From Ignavibacteriota bacterium (GTDB taxonomy: Bacteria; Bacteroidota; Ignavibacteria; UBA10030), in the NCBI GenBank assembly GCA_963701295.1, contig OY969585.1, positions 1,696,001-1,760,000 on the forward strand: a stretch of DNA of 64,000 bases, in the 5' to 3' direction. Both the position numbers and the translations under genes were made by a program. Below the pieces are notes generated by a model. It saw nothing but the letters and a program-made list of their open reading frames with translations, was not told where the DNA came from and did no database searches. Below, piece after piece: positions 18,742 through 28,706 of the stretch; position 1 is the stretch's first letter; each line of letters starts with the position of its first letter.

Positions 18742-21405
18742 ATGAATTCTAACAATGTTAAAAATATTCTTCAATCGAAAAGAAATCTAAATAAGACGCT
18801 TCAACTGCCTGATAAATCGAACGCAATGGAAGCTGAAGGCGGGTGCGGTGTTGTAGGATTTTGTTGCACCGAGCCGGTTCCGGGGAAGCATATTCACGAA
18901 CCTTCAAGATTGATGCATAACCGCGGCAACGGCAAAGGCGGCGGAATAGCAGCGGTTGGTTTTATTCCCGATCAATTAGGCGTATCAAGGGAAATGCTCG
19001 ACGATTGTTATATGCTCCATATTGCATATCTTGACCCTTCCGCTCGTCCCGATGTTGAAAAAAAATATGTTGATCCTGTGTTCGATATAAAAAAATCCGC
19101 TAAGCTCAATACGGTCGACGATTGGAAAAGTGTTCCCGGGCTTGAAGTCAAACCGCCCGATGTTTACCGATATTTCGTACGTGTTCAAGACAGCGTTCTA
19201 AGTAAATTTATATCTGAAAACACTTTTGCAAACATTGACCGGCGAGATGTTGAAGATGAGTTGGTCAACCAAAACAGTTTCAAACTTAACCATGAATTTT
19301 ATGTTGCTGCAAAAAAGCAGACGGCTTTTGTCATGTCGCATGGCCGTAATATTATGATCCTGAAAGTTGTCGGTTATGCTGAAGCGGTAACTCAATATTA
19401 TAAGATTGATGATCTTTGTGCTCATGTCTGGATTGCACATCAAAGGTATCCGACAAGAGGCCGGGTCTGGCATCCGGGCGGTGCCCATCCATTTACTGCA
19501 ATGAATATGGCGCTTGTACACAATGGCGATTTTGCAAATTATCATTCAGTAACGGAATATTTAAAACAGCGCAATATTTATCCACAGTTTATAACCGATA
19601 CAGAAGTGTCGGCACAGATGTTCGATTTGTTGTCGAGAATATACAAATATCCGGTAGAATATATAATAGAAGCATTAGCGCCAACGACAGAACTTGACTT
19701 TGACCGCCTGCCGAAGGAAAAGCGGGAAATCTACCGGGCAATTCAATCGACACATATGCACGGTTCCCCGGACGGGCCATGGTTCTTTATCATTGCACGT
19801 AATCTTATTGAGAACCGCAAATTCCAATTGCTGGGCATCACAGATACAGCAATGCTGAGACCGCAGGTCTTTGCATTTGTCGACGGCGAAGTTCAAGTCG
19901 GAATTATCGGCTCCGAAAAACAGGCAATTGATGCGACGCTTGAGAGTCTAGCAAAGAATGATAAACGAATTTGTCCAATTGCTGATAAATACTGGAATGC
20001 CAGAGGTGGGAGCTATTCCGACGGCGGAGCTTTTATGTTCGATATTGTTCCAGATAGTGAAGGCAAATACAGGCTGGAGTGTAAAGATAAATTCGGAACC
20101 CCGGTTGTAATAGCAGAAAAAATCGAAAGCTGTGATTTTACAAAAGAAATTCCGGATGCGACGAATAAGGAACAAATCGAAAAAATAATTAACGAATATG
20201 CTTCTGCGGGAAAATATATTTTTGAATTTGTCAGGGACAACATTCCGCAATGGTCATTCGACGATATCCGTATTGCATGTCGGGCTATGAGAGACCTCGG
20301 CAAAGACAGTGAATTCACATTATATACAATCAATACCCTGACTTTATTAAATGACAGGCATTATCAGACAGGTGATAAAAGACGGTCACACATTCTTCAA
20401 ATAATTCGGACCGAACTGAATTCATTATTCATGAATATTCCAAGGTTGCGTTCTGAAAATGATGAATCGTCTGAGTACCGCCTGTTCGATTTTGAAACAA
20501 GAAGCGAGCTGCGTGGACCAAAAGACAAAGAAAAAACACTGGTGATAAATTCGAAAAAATTTCCGCCGGAAGGCAATGAATGCGATGCGATGTATCTTGT
20601 CAGAGCTTACAAATTAGGTTGGAAGAATTTTATCCTCTTTCATTGCGCAGGCCAACGTTATGTCGGATGCGGTTTCGGACCCGAAACTCATGACCTGACA
20701 ATCGACATTTACGGGAGTTCCGGCGATTATCTTGGTTCCGGTATCGATGGAATGACTATAACCGTTCATGGCAACGCCCAGGACCAGTTAGGCCAGATAA
20801 TAAAGCAAGGAAAATTAGTTATTCATGGTGATGTCGGCCAAACATTTTTATACGGCGCCAAAGGAGGTTCTATATTTGTGAAAGGAAACGCCGCTGGCCG
20901 GCCAATGATTAATTCTGTCGGAAGGCCCAGGATTGTTATCAATGGCACAAGTCTCGATTTTCTCGGCGAATCATTTATGGCGGGCGATCCTCATAATAAA
21001 GGTGGGTTTGTGATCCTCAACGGTATGAAGTTTAATGAAGAAGGCCAAGTCGTACCTCTGCCGGAACCATATCCGGGAAGCAACCTTTTTTCTCTTGCAT
21101 CAGGAGGCGCAGCTTTTATTAGGGATCCTAAGCGGCAATTAATTACAGAACAGTTAAACGGCTGCATTTTTTCTCCCTTTACGGAAAAAGATTGGGAATT
21201 GATAGTACCATATCTGACGGAGAACGAAAAGCTCTTCGGAATTAAAGTAGATGATTTACTGACAGTAAATGGTAAAAAACTTAATCCGATGAAAGTTTAT
21301 CGCAAAGTTTCACCCAGTATCGAGGGCACTCCATCTACGCCTGAACAAGATGTTTATGGAGAAGAGGAGGAAGTCGATGAACTCGCCGAAGAAGTACTTG
21401 AATAA
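18742..21405 (+). CDS. Glutamate-synthase-related class II glutamine amidotransferase fused to a GXGXG beta-helix domain
   Basis: Propeptide then EGG|CGVVG (Ntn Cys); HNRG, AHQRYPT, AHPF, HNGDFAN, TDTE, DGPW, LRP; C-terminal GSSGDYLGSG..GNAQD..GDVG..YGAKGG repeats. Confidence 0.88.
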   Translation: MNSNNVKNILQSKRNLNKTLQLPDKSNAMEAEGGCGVVGFCCTEPVPGKHIHEPSRLMHNRGNGKGGGIAAVGFIPDQLGVSREMLDDCYMLHIAYLDPSARPDVEKKYVDPVFDIKKSAKLNTVDDWKSVPGLEVKPPDVYRYFVRVQDSVLSKFISENTFANIDRRDVEDELVNQNSFKLNHEFYVAAKKQTAFVMSHGRNIMILKVVGYAEAVTQYYKIDDLCAHVWIAHQRYPTRGRVWHPGGAHPFTAMNMALVHNGDFANYHSVTEYLKQRNIYPQFITDTEVSAQMFDLLSRIYKYPVEYIIEALAPTTELDFDRLPKEKREIYRAIQSTHMHGSPDGPWFFIIARNLIENRKFQLLGITDTAMLRPQVFAFVDGEVQVGIIGSEKQAIDATLESLAKNDKRICPIADKYWNARGGSYSDGGAFMFDIVPDSEGKYRLECKDKFGTPVVIAEKIESCDFTKEIPDATNKEQIEKIINEYASAGKYIFEFVRDNIPQWSFDDIRIACRAMRDLGKDSEFTLYTINTLTLLNDRHYQTGDKRRSHILQIIRTELNSLFMNIPRLRSENDESSEYRLFDFETRSELRGPKDKEKTLVINSKKFPPEGNECDAMYLVRAYKLGWKNFILFHCAGQRYVGCGFGPETHDLTIDIYGSSGDYLGSGIDGMTITVHGNAQDQLGQIIKQGKLVIHGDVGQTFLYGAKGGSIFVKGNAAGRPMINSVGRPRIVINGTSLDFLGESFMAGDPHNKGGFVILNGMKFNEEGQVVPLPEPYPGSNLFSLASGGAAFIRDPKRQLITEQLNGCIFSPFTEKDWELIVPYLTENEKLFGIKVDDLLTVNGKKLNPMKVYRKVSPSIEGTPSTPEQDVYGEEEEVDELAEEVLE

Positions 21406-21429
21406 TAAAAATATATTTTCGAAATAAAT

Positions 21430-21978
21430 ATGCCCATAGTCATTAGTAAAGAAAAGTCAGAAACTACTTTATTGCAGACTGTCAAGGAACAATCCGGCGT
21501 CGATATCTCTGGATGTCTGCAATGTAAAAAATGCACCAACGGCTGTCCGGTAACAGCGCTGGTTAAAGTACCTCCTTCGGAAATAATTAGAAGGCTGCAA
21601 TTGAACGCAGACGATTCGATCTTAAACAGCGATCTGGTATGGATGTGTGCTTCGTGTGAAACATGTTTTTCCCGTTGCCCGATGCAAATCGATATGGCAG
21701 CTGTTATGGATGCTCTGCGGATCATCTCGGTCAAGAAAAACGCATCCAAGCAGAAGGGCAATGTTCCACTATTTAACCGATGGTTTCTGAAAACAATTAA
21801 CATATTTGGCAGGACATATGATCTGGGAATGATTGCAGCTTATAAGATTGGAACTGCGAGCTATTTCCAGGACACGGATAAATTTCCAATGATGCTTCAA
21901 AAAAGGAAGATAGCGTTATTCCCGTCTTTCAAAGCCGATAAAAAATATGTAAAAAGAATATTCAAGAAAAAGAAGTAA
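21430..21978 (+). CDS. hdrC: Heterodisulfide reductase subunit C-like
   Basis: CLQCKKCTNGCP and WMCASCETCFSRCP; directly upstream of hdrB. Confidence 0.9.
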   Translation: MPIVISKEKSETTLLQTVKEQSGVDISGCLQCKKCTNGCPVTALVKVPPSEIIRRLQLNADDSILNSDLVWMCASCETCFSRCPMQIDMAAVMDALRIISVKKNASKQKGNVPLFNRWFLKTINIFGRTYDLGMIAAYKIGTASYFQDTDKFPMMLQKRKIALFPSFKADKKYVKRIFKKKK

Positions 21979-22047
21979 TGCAGACCCTTTCCCGGCTTTG
22001 TAGAATTTAAGAAAGTCCGGAAAAAAGTTTTGGAGAATTATAAGAAA

Positions 22048-22917
22048 ATGAAATATGCGTATTATCCTGGATGTTCGGCGGAGTCAACGGCACGCGACCA
22101 ATATATGTCGATTCGAGAAGTCTCGAAAGCTTTGGACATAGAATTGATTGAACCAAAGGGTTGGACTTGCTGCGGATCGACACCGGCTCACCACACAGAC
22201 AGAATTCTATCTTTTGCTCTTCCTGCAGCCAACCTGCTCATGGCCAAAAAAATGGGTCTCGATATGGTTGTATTTTGTGCAGCCTGCTATAACAGAATGA
22301 AAGTCGCCAATTATGAAATTCGAACAAACCTCAAAGTCAGAAAAGAAATATCGGATTCATTGGGAGAAGATTACGATGGTAGTGTGGATGTTCATCATTT
22401 TGTAGAAGTGCTTATCAAGGATATTGGAATTAAAAAGCTGCAGGAAATCTTCACACATTCGTTGGATGGATTAAAAGTGGTCAATTACTATGGCTGTCTG
22501 CTCGTACGGCCGCATAAAGCGACTAATTTTGACGATCCTGAAAATCCAATGATGATGGACAGCCTTGTTACGATCATGGGCGGCGAGAGCATCGATTGGC
22601 CCCATAAAGTTGAATGCTGCGGTGGAGGATTTGCTCTCACACGGACAGATATCGTCATCGAACTTTCCAACTCCATTTTGGGGATGGCAAAAGCAGCCGG
22701 AGCGCAATGTATGGCGGTAGCCTGTCCTATGTGCCAGGTAAATTTAGATTTAAGGCAAAGCGATATAAATAAAACAAAAGGCACAAACTATGATATCCCG
22801 ATTGTTTATATAACTCAGCTTGTGGGATTATGTTTAGGAGTTCCTCCCGAAAAGCTGGGTATGGATAAATGTATTGTCTCTCCAAAGCCGATTATTGAGG
22901 CTGTAATAAGCAATTAA
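22048..22917 (+). CDS. hdrB: Heterodisulfide reductase subunit B-like (two CCG domains)
   Basis: YYPGCS, WTCCGS, CAACY, YYGCLL, ECCGGG, ACPMCQ. Confidence 0.92.
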   Translation: MKYAYYPGCSAESTARDQYMSIREVSKALDIELIEPKGWTCCGSTPAHHTDRILSFALPAANLLMAKKMGLDMVVFCAACYNRMKVANYEIRTNLKVRKEISDSLGEDYDGSVDVHHFVEVLIKDIGIKKLQEIFTHSLDGLKVVNYYGCLLVRPHKATNFDDPENPMMMDSLVTIMGGESIDWPHKVECCGGGFALTRTDIVIELSNSILGMAKAAGAQCMAVACPMCQVNLDLRQSDINKTKGTNYDIPIVYITQLVGLCLGVPPEKLGMDKCIVSPKPIIEAVISN

Positions 22918-22934
22918 CAAAGAAAGATTTATTC

Positions 22935-25900
22935 GTGAAGATTGAAAAGAAAAAGATGACAGGCGCTGTATTGGTTGAAGGCGGAGGTATTGCGGGTGTT
23001 CAGGCGTCTCTCGATCTTGCTAATTCAGGATACAAAGTCTACCTAGTAGACCGCTCTGCAGCTATCGGCGGTATGATGTCTCATCTCGATAAAACTTTTC
23101 CTACAGGCGATTGTGCAACATGTATCGTTTCGCCTAAACTGGTTGAATGTTCCAGAAATCTTAATATTGAAATTCTCACACTTTCGGAATTAGAAAAAAT
23201 TGAGGGGGAACCGGGGAATTTTAAAGTCACGGTAAAAAAATCACCGCGATACATCGATGAAAAAATCTGCAACGATTGTGGCGAATGCACAAAAGCATGC
23301 CCTGTCGATGTAAGCGATAAGTTTAACCGCGATCTTAGTACACGAAAAGCGATACAAAAGTATTATGCGCAGGCTGTTCCCAACAAACCTAATATATTGA
23401 AACTTGGACATTCACCCTGTAAAATAAAATGTCCGGCTCATATCAATGTTCAGGGATACATTCAATTAATCAAAAAGAAAGAATATCTCAAAGCCGTAAA
23501 TCTTATTCGTGAAAGAAATCCGCTTGCCGCTATATGCGGACGGATCTGCCCTGCTCCATGCGAGGCAGCCTGCACGCGCTCCAAAGTCGACAGCTCACTG
23601 GCCATCAGACAATTAAAAAGATTCGCATCCGATCAGGAAATAAAATTGTATAGATCCGGGAAGTTGACACTGCCCGAACAAAAGAATCCTCCTTCAGATG
23701 CCAAGAAAATCGCCATTGTAGGCGGCGGGCCAGCAGGATTAACTGCGGCAGGCGATTTAGCCGAAAAAGGATTCACTGTAACTATATATGAATCGAGGGA
23801 TTCTGCGGGAGGAATGCTTTATTGCGGGATTCCCCGATATAGACTTCCAAAAGATATACTTGATTATGAAATAGAGTTAATAAAACGTAAGGGCGTTCAA
23901 ATTATTCTGAATTGTACTATCGGTAAGGACAAAGTTTTTTCAGAATTGAAAAAAGAAAATAGTGCAGTGTTTATCAGTGCCGGTGCGCATATCAGCAGAA
24001 AATTAGGCATAAGTGGCGAAGATAAAAAAGGTGTGAACTATGGGGTAGAATTCCTCAGGCAGGCAGCGAACGAAAAGAACATGCCGCAGGTCAAGGAAAA
24101 TGTTGTGGTTATCGGTGGAGGAAATGTCGCAGTTGATGTAGCCAGAACAGCACTGAGACTTGGCGCTAACAGAGTTGAACTCATCTCGCTCGAGCAGCGC
24201 AATGAAATGCCTGCATATAAAGATGAGATTAAGGCAACCCTCGAGGAAGGGATTGTGATACGAAACGGATGGGGTCCGAAACAAATACTCGGCAATGGAT
24301 CTGTTACAGGAATAGAACTGAAACAATGTATTTCCGTATTCGATACAGACGGCAAGTTTAAACCGTCTTACGATGAAAACAAAACTTCTACAATCGATAC
24401 CGAGCAGGTAATTGTAGCTATCGGTCAAATGGTCGACGGCGATCTAACCAAGCACATCGGAATCGATATCGAACGCGGATGTTTCAAAGCAAATCCTGTC
24501 ACACTTGAAACTTCGATGGAAGGAATCTTTGCAGGCGGCGATAATGCATCCGGACCGGGTAGCGTCATAGAAGCTGTCGCCGCTGGAAAACGTGCCGCGG
24601 AATCGATCAGCCGCTATCTCAACCATGAAGATTTGCTGCCCGACCGGTTTGAACATTCGCTGAAACCATTTCCGGAAGAATTGCTCCCCTCTGCAAAGAG
24701 GGTCGCAAAAAAGAACCGTGCTTCAGCCGATGAACTTACAGTTGACAAACGCATAAATAATTTTAACGAGATTGAATATCCTTTTTCAGAAGAAGATGCA
24801 ATTGGGGAAGCTGAAAGGTGCTTGAACTGCGCTCAATGCTCTGAATGTATGGAATGTATTTCGGCGTGCGAAAAGAAAGCAGTCAATCACAGTATGAATG
24901 AGAAAAAAGTAGAATTGGAAGTAGGCGCAGTCATACTTACTACTGGCTTCGATGAATATGATGCAGAGCAAAAAGGAGAATACGGATTTAACCGCTATCA
25001 GAATGTTCTTACCAGTGTCCAATTTGAGCGAATGCTTTCCGCTGCAGGACCGTATCTCGGCCATGTTGTGCGCAGGGACAATGGCAAAGATGCAAAACGG
25101 ATAGCATGGATTCAATGCGTGGGTTCCCGCGATTCAAAATCCGGAAACGAATACTGCTCATCCATATGCTGTATGGCGACGACCAAACAAGCCATGATTG
25201 CTTCCGAGCATCTGAACGGGCTGCAGGGAACGATCTTTAACATGGATATCAGGGCGCATGGAAAAGATTTCGATCAGTATTATGAACGCGCGCGCGCAAT
25301 GAAGAATATCGAATATATTAAAAGCATGCCTTCTCGAATTATTGAGATGCCCGGTTCGAACGATTTGAGAATAACCTATGTAGATCCTGTACAAGGATAC
25401 ACGGAGAAGGAGTTTGATCTCGCAGTGTTGGCAGTCGGTCTGGATCCGAAAATTTCGGTTACTGAAAGTGCGCGCAAACTTGGAATTGAAATTAATGAAC
25501 ACGGGTTTTGCAAAACAGACAGGCTGTCGCCACTGGCTACCTCTAAACCAGGCGTATTTGTAGGAGGAGCGTTCCAGGAGCCAAAGGATATTCCTGAAAC
25601 AGTTATACAGGCAAGTGCTGCTGCTGCAATGGCGATGGAATTATTGTCGCCTTCACAAAATACATTAGTTACTTCAAGAGAATATCCGTACGAACATGAT
25701 GTTACCGATGAAAAGCCCAGAATAGGCGTATTTATTTGTCATTGCGGCATCAATATAGCAGGTACTGTCGATGTAGAAAAAGTAACGGAATCGATTAAGA
25801 GCGAACCCGGAGTCGTATTTGCTTCACATACGATGTATACTTGCTCCGATTCTAGTTTATCGAATATGAAAGAGCAAATAGCAAAGGACAGGTTAAATAG

Positions 25901-27392
25901 GATCGTCGTGGCTTCGTGTACTCCGAGAACACATGAGCCTATCTTCCGTGAAACCTTGAGGGAAGCGGGGCTTAATCCTTACTTATTTGAACTGGCAAAC
26001 ATCAGGGATCAATGTTCATGGGTGCATTCATCTGAACCTAAAAATGCAACTCTCAAAGCAGTCGAGCTTGTAAAGATGTCCATCTCGAGGGCATTCAGGC
26101 TCATGCCTCTTGAAGGAGAAAAAATTCCAATTCACCAGAATGCTGTTATCGTCGGAGGAGGCGTAAGCGGGATGTCCGCGGCATTATCGCTCGCCGAGCA
26201 AGGATATGATGTCGAGTTGATCGAAAAGTCTTCCCAGTTAGGCGGAAATTTGTCTCTTGTCCACTCTACTCTCGAAAACGAGAACATCGATAAGTTCAAA
26301 ACTGATCTTATTGAGAAAATCAGTACACATAGAAACATCGACTATCATCTGAATTCTACAGTTGAAAGCGTTACGGGTCATATTGGGGAATTTAAAATTA
26401 ATATTATGAAGGACGACAAACCGAAAGAATTTACCTGCGGGGCTATAATAATTGCAACAGGCGCAAGGCCCGCCGAGACAAAAGAATATACTTATGGAAC
26501 TATCAAAAATGTAAAAACACAAATAGAATTAGAGAGTTTGCTTAATAAAGGCAAAATTGAAAAAAGAGGCCAGACGTATGTGATGATCCAATGTGTGGGT
26601 TCGCGCAATTCGGAAAATCCATATTGCAGCAGAATTTGCTGTTCCATGGCGATCAAGAATGCATTAAGAATTAAAAGAGAAGATCCTGCTGCAAGCATTT
26701 ATGTCCTATACAGGGACATCAGAACGTATGGTTTTAGGGAAATATATTATAAGCATGCACGTGAAGCCAATGTGGTTTTCATAAGATATGATGAAAAGAA
26801 TCTGCCTGTCGTATCTGATGTGAACGGTGTGTTGAGTTCGGTGAAAGTGGAAAGTCCGGATTTTCCAGAACCTATTGTAATAGAAGCCGATCAGCTTATC
26901 CTAAGCACAGGAATAAAAGCCGAGAAGGACAATAAAGTCCTTTCAGATATGCTTAAGGTGCCGCTCAATGCGAACGGATTTTATGTTGAAGCCCACATGA
27001 AATTGAGGCCCGTGGATTTTGCTACAGAAGGATTGTTTGTATGCGGATTGGCCCATTCACCAAAAATGATAGACGAGAATATTTCACAGGCGAAAGCTGC
27101 CGCTGCTCGTGCTGCAACGATTTTATCAAAAACCCATTTGGAAGTAGGAGCACAGGTTTCGATTGTAAATCAAAATAAATGCATATCGTGTATGACATGT
27201 GTGAATGCCTGTCCGTATGGCGCTCCATACTGCAATTATAACCACAAAGCAGAAATTGAAAGAGCGAAGTGTATGGGCTGTGGAATATGCGCATCTGAAT
27301 GCCCTGCACGTGCAATTCAACTTAATCATTTCAAGTCAGTACATTTCAATGCCATGATAGACAATTTATTTCATGTAGAAGAAACCGTATAA
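22935..27392 (+). CDS. hdrA: Large HdrA-family flavoprotein (HdrL type): two HdrA modules with an inserted GltD/NfnB-like NAD(P)H oxidoreductase
   Basis: GGGIAG, DKTFPTGDCATC; insert CPAHINVQGY..ICGRICPAPCE, GGGPAG, GGGNVA; QCVGSR twice; CSSICC and CSRICC; IGVFICHCGINIAG, CTPRTHE, NIRDQCSWVH; C-terminal 2x[4Fe-4S]. Confidence 0.92.
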   Translation: MKIEKKKMTGAVLVEGGGIAGVQASLDLANSGYKVYLVDRSAAIGGMMSHLDKTFPTGDCATCIVSPKLVECSRNLNIEILTLSELEKIEGEPGNFKVTVKKSPRYIDEKICNDCGECTKACPVDVSDKFNRDLSTRKAIQKYYAQAVPNKPNILKLGHSPCKIKCPAHINVQGYIQLIKKKEYLKAVNLIRERNPLAAICGRICPAPCEAACTRSKVDSSLAIRQLKRFASDQEIKLYRSGKLTLPEQKNPPSDAKKIAIVGGGPAGLTAAGDLAEKGFTVTIYESRDSAGGMLYCGIPRYRLPKDILDYEIELIKRKGVQIILNCTIGKDKVFSELKKENSAVFISAGAHISRKLGISGEDKKGVNYGVEFLRQAANEKNMPQVKENVVVIGGGNVAVDVARTALRLGANRVELISLEQRNEMPAYKDEIKATLEEGIVIRNGWGPKQILGNGSVTGIELKQCISVFDTDGKFKPSYDENKTSTIDTEQVIVAIGQMVDGDLTKHIGIDIERGCFKANPVTLETSMEGIFAGGDNASGPGSVIEAVAAGKRAAESISRYLNHEDLLPDRFEHSLKPFPEELLPSAKRVAKKNRASADELTVDKRINNFNEIEYPFSEEDAIGEAERCLNCAQCSECMECISACEKKAVNHSMNEKKVELEVGAVILTTGFDEYDAEQKGEYGFNRYQNVLTSVQFERMLSAAGPYLGHVVRRDNGKDAKRIAWIQCVGSRDSKSGNEYCSSICCMATTKQAMIASEHLNGLQGTIFNMDIRAHGKDFDQYYERARAMKNIEYIKSMPSRIIEMPGSNDLRITYVDPVQGYTEKEFDLAVLAVGLDPKISVTESARKLGIEINEHGFCKTDRLSPLATSKPGVFVGGAFQEPKDIPETVIQASAAAAMAMELLSPSQNTLVTSREYPYEHDVTDEKPRIGVFICHCGINIAGTVDVEKVTESIKSEPGVVFASHTMYTCSDSSLSNMKEQIAKDRLNRIVVASCTPRTHEPIFRETLREAGLNPYLFELANIRDQCSWVHSSEPKNATLKAVELVKMSISRAFRLMPLEGEKIPIHQNAVIVGGGVSGMSAALSLAEQGYDVELIEKSSQLGGNLSLVHSTLENENIDKFKTDLIEKISTHRNIDYHLNSTVESVTGHIGEFKINIMKDDKPKEFTCGAIIIATGARPAETKEYTYGTIKNVKTQIELESLLNKGKIEKRGQTYVMIQCVGSRNSENPYCSRICCSMAIKNALRIKREDPAASIYVLYRDIRTYGFREIYYKHAREANVVFIRYDEKNLPVVSDVNGVLSSVKVESPDFPEPIVIEADQLILSTGIKAEKDNKVLSDMLKVPLNANGFYVEAHMKLRPVDFATEGLFVCGLAHSPKMIDENISQAKAAAARAATILSKTHLEVGAQVSIVNQNKCISCMTCVNACPYGAPYCNYNHKAEIERAKCMGCGICASECPARAIQLNHFKSVHFNAMIDNLFHVEETV

Positions 27393-27394
27393 AG

Positions 27395-27868
27395 ATGAAT
27401 GATAAGACTTTTGAACCGAAAATAATAGCCTTTTGCTGCCATTACTGTGCTTATGCATCGGCCGATTTGGCCGGTTCGATGCGGCTGCAATATCCATCAG
27501 GAGTGCGTATAATTCGTACACCCTGCACAGGTAGACTCGAAGTGGAATATTATATGAGAGCATTTGAAAACGGCGCCGATGGTGTTCTGGTAGCCGGCTG
27601 TCTTGAAGGCGGATGTCATTTTATAGAAGGAAATTTATTAGCTAAAAAGAGGGTCAGCGCTACCAGGGACATCCTTCAAGAAAGCGGTATTGAAAAAGAA
27701 CGCCTGCGAATGGTAAACATATCTGCAGCAATGGCTACTAATTTAGCAGCAGTCATCAACGAGATGGTAAACACAATTAAAGAACTCGGTCCCAATCCTA
27801 TTCGAAAGACAAATAACGGGCCGGAGGTTGAATATAAAGAATTTGAAATGCTTAAATCACAGCAATAA
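27395..27868 (+). CDS. mvhD: MvhD [2Fe-2S] protein
   Basis: AFCCHYCAYASADLAG, PCTGR, GADGVLVAGCLEGGCHF. Confidence 0.92.
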   Translation: MNDKTFEPKIIAFCCHYCAYASADLAGSMRLQYPSGVRIIRTPCTGRLEVEYYMRAFENGADGVLVAGCLEGGCHFIEGNLLAKKRVSATRDILQESGIEKERLRMVNISAAMATNLAAVINEMVNTIKELGPNPIRKTNNGPEVEYKEFEMLKSQQ

Positions 27869-27894
27869 ATTATTATGAACAAAATGGATTTACC

Positions 27895-28563
27895 ATGATA
27901 GTCGCTCAACGGAAAAAAATACCGGAAATATTTAATGTCATTCAAGAGCATAAAAATGTCTTGGTTCTCGGATGTGGCACGTGTGTTACTGTATGCCTTG
28001 CCGGGGGCGAACGTGAAGTTTCAATCATATCCTCGGCGCTCAGAATTGCATCTCGCAAAGCTGGTAAGAAAATTAAAGTCAACGAATTTACTATCGAACG
28101 CCAATGCGACAATGTTTTTATAGAAGGCGCTGCTGAAGAAATCAAAAATAACGATGCGGTCCTTTCATTAGGCTGCGGAGCAGGAGTACAGGCAATAGCG
28201 GAACGTTACCCCGATATGCCGGTATATGCAGGTCTTGATACTGCGTTTCTTGGTATACTCGAATCGAGAGGTGTATGGACGGAAAAATGCATGCAATGCG
28301 GGACTTGTGTTCTTTCTGATTTTGGCGGGATATGCCCGGTGACACGATGTGCAAAACACATGCTCAATGGTCCTTGCGGCGGCTCTCGTGAAGATAGATG
28401 TGAAATTAGGGCCGATCAACCATGCGCGTGGCAACTCATTTATAAGAGATTAAAGAATATCAATCAGTTAGATAAAATTGCTAAGGAGCATCCTATTAAG
28501 GATCGGAGCAAAAGCATTGATGGCGGTGTCCGAACAATTATTCGCGAGGATCACAGGATATGA
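27895..28563 (+). CDS. metV: MetV, methylene-THF reductase Fe-S/Zn small subunit (MTHFR_C domain)
   Basis: GCGTCVTVCLAGG, RQCD, GCGAGVQ, CMQCGTC, GICPVTRCAKHMLNGPCGG, PCAW. Confidence 0.9.
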   Translation: MIVAQRKKIPEIFNVIQEHKNVLVLGCGTCVTVCLAGGEREVSIISSALRIASRKAGKKIKVNEFTIERQCDNVFIEGAAEEIKNNDAVLSLGCGAGVQAIAERYPDMPVYAGLDTAFLGILESRGVWTEKCMQCGTCVLSDFGGICPVTRCAKHMLNGPCGGSREDRCEIRADQPCAWQLIYKRLKNINQLDKIAKEHPIKDRSKSIDGGVRTIIREDHRI

Positions 28564-28706
28564 AAAGTGCTATTTGTGACGTGAATATTATGGTATGAAA
28601 TCCATTTTAGATATGCGGTATGGCGCTGGTTCTCCTTAGCTTCAGATCTACTTTAATGTCTAGTGTTATGTTGTTTCATATTTCGTCCATAATGATGTGC
28701 GATTCG

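Noticed and set aside
22935-27868. Selenocysteine recoding in HdrA/MvhD
   Set aside because: Both ORFs are uninterrupted and the relevant positions are Cys codons; there is no in-frame TGA.
14453-28563. Evidence for methanogenesis or a full Wood-Ljungdahl pathway
   Set aside because: No mcr, acs/cdh, fhs, folD or hydrogenase genes in the window; Hdr-like proteins are widespread in bacteria.
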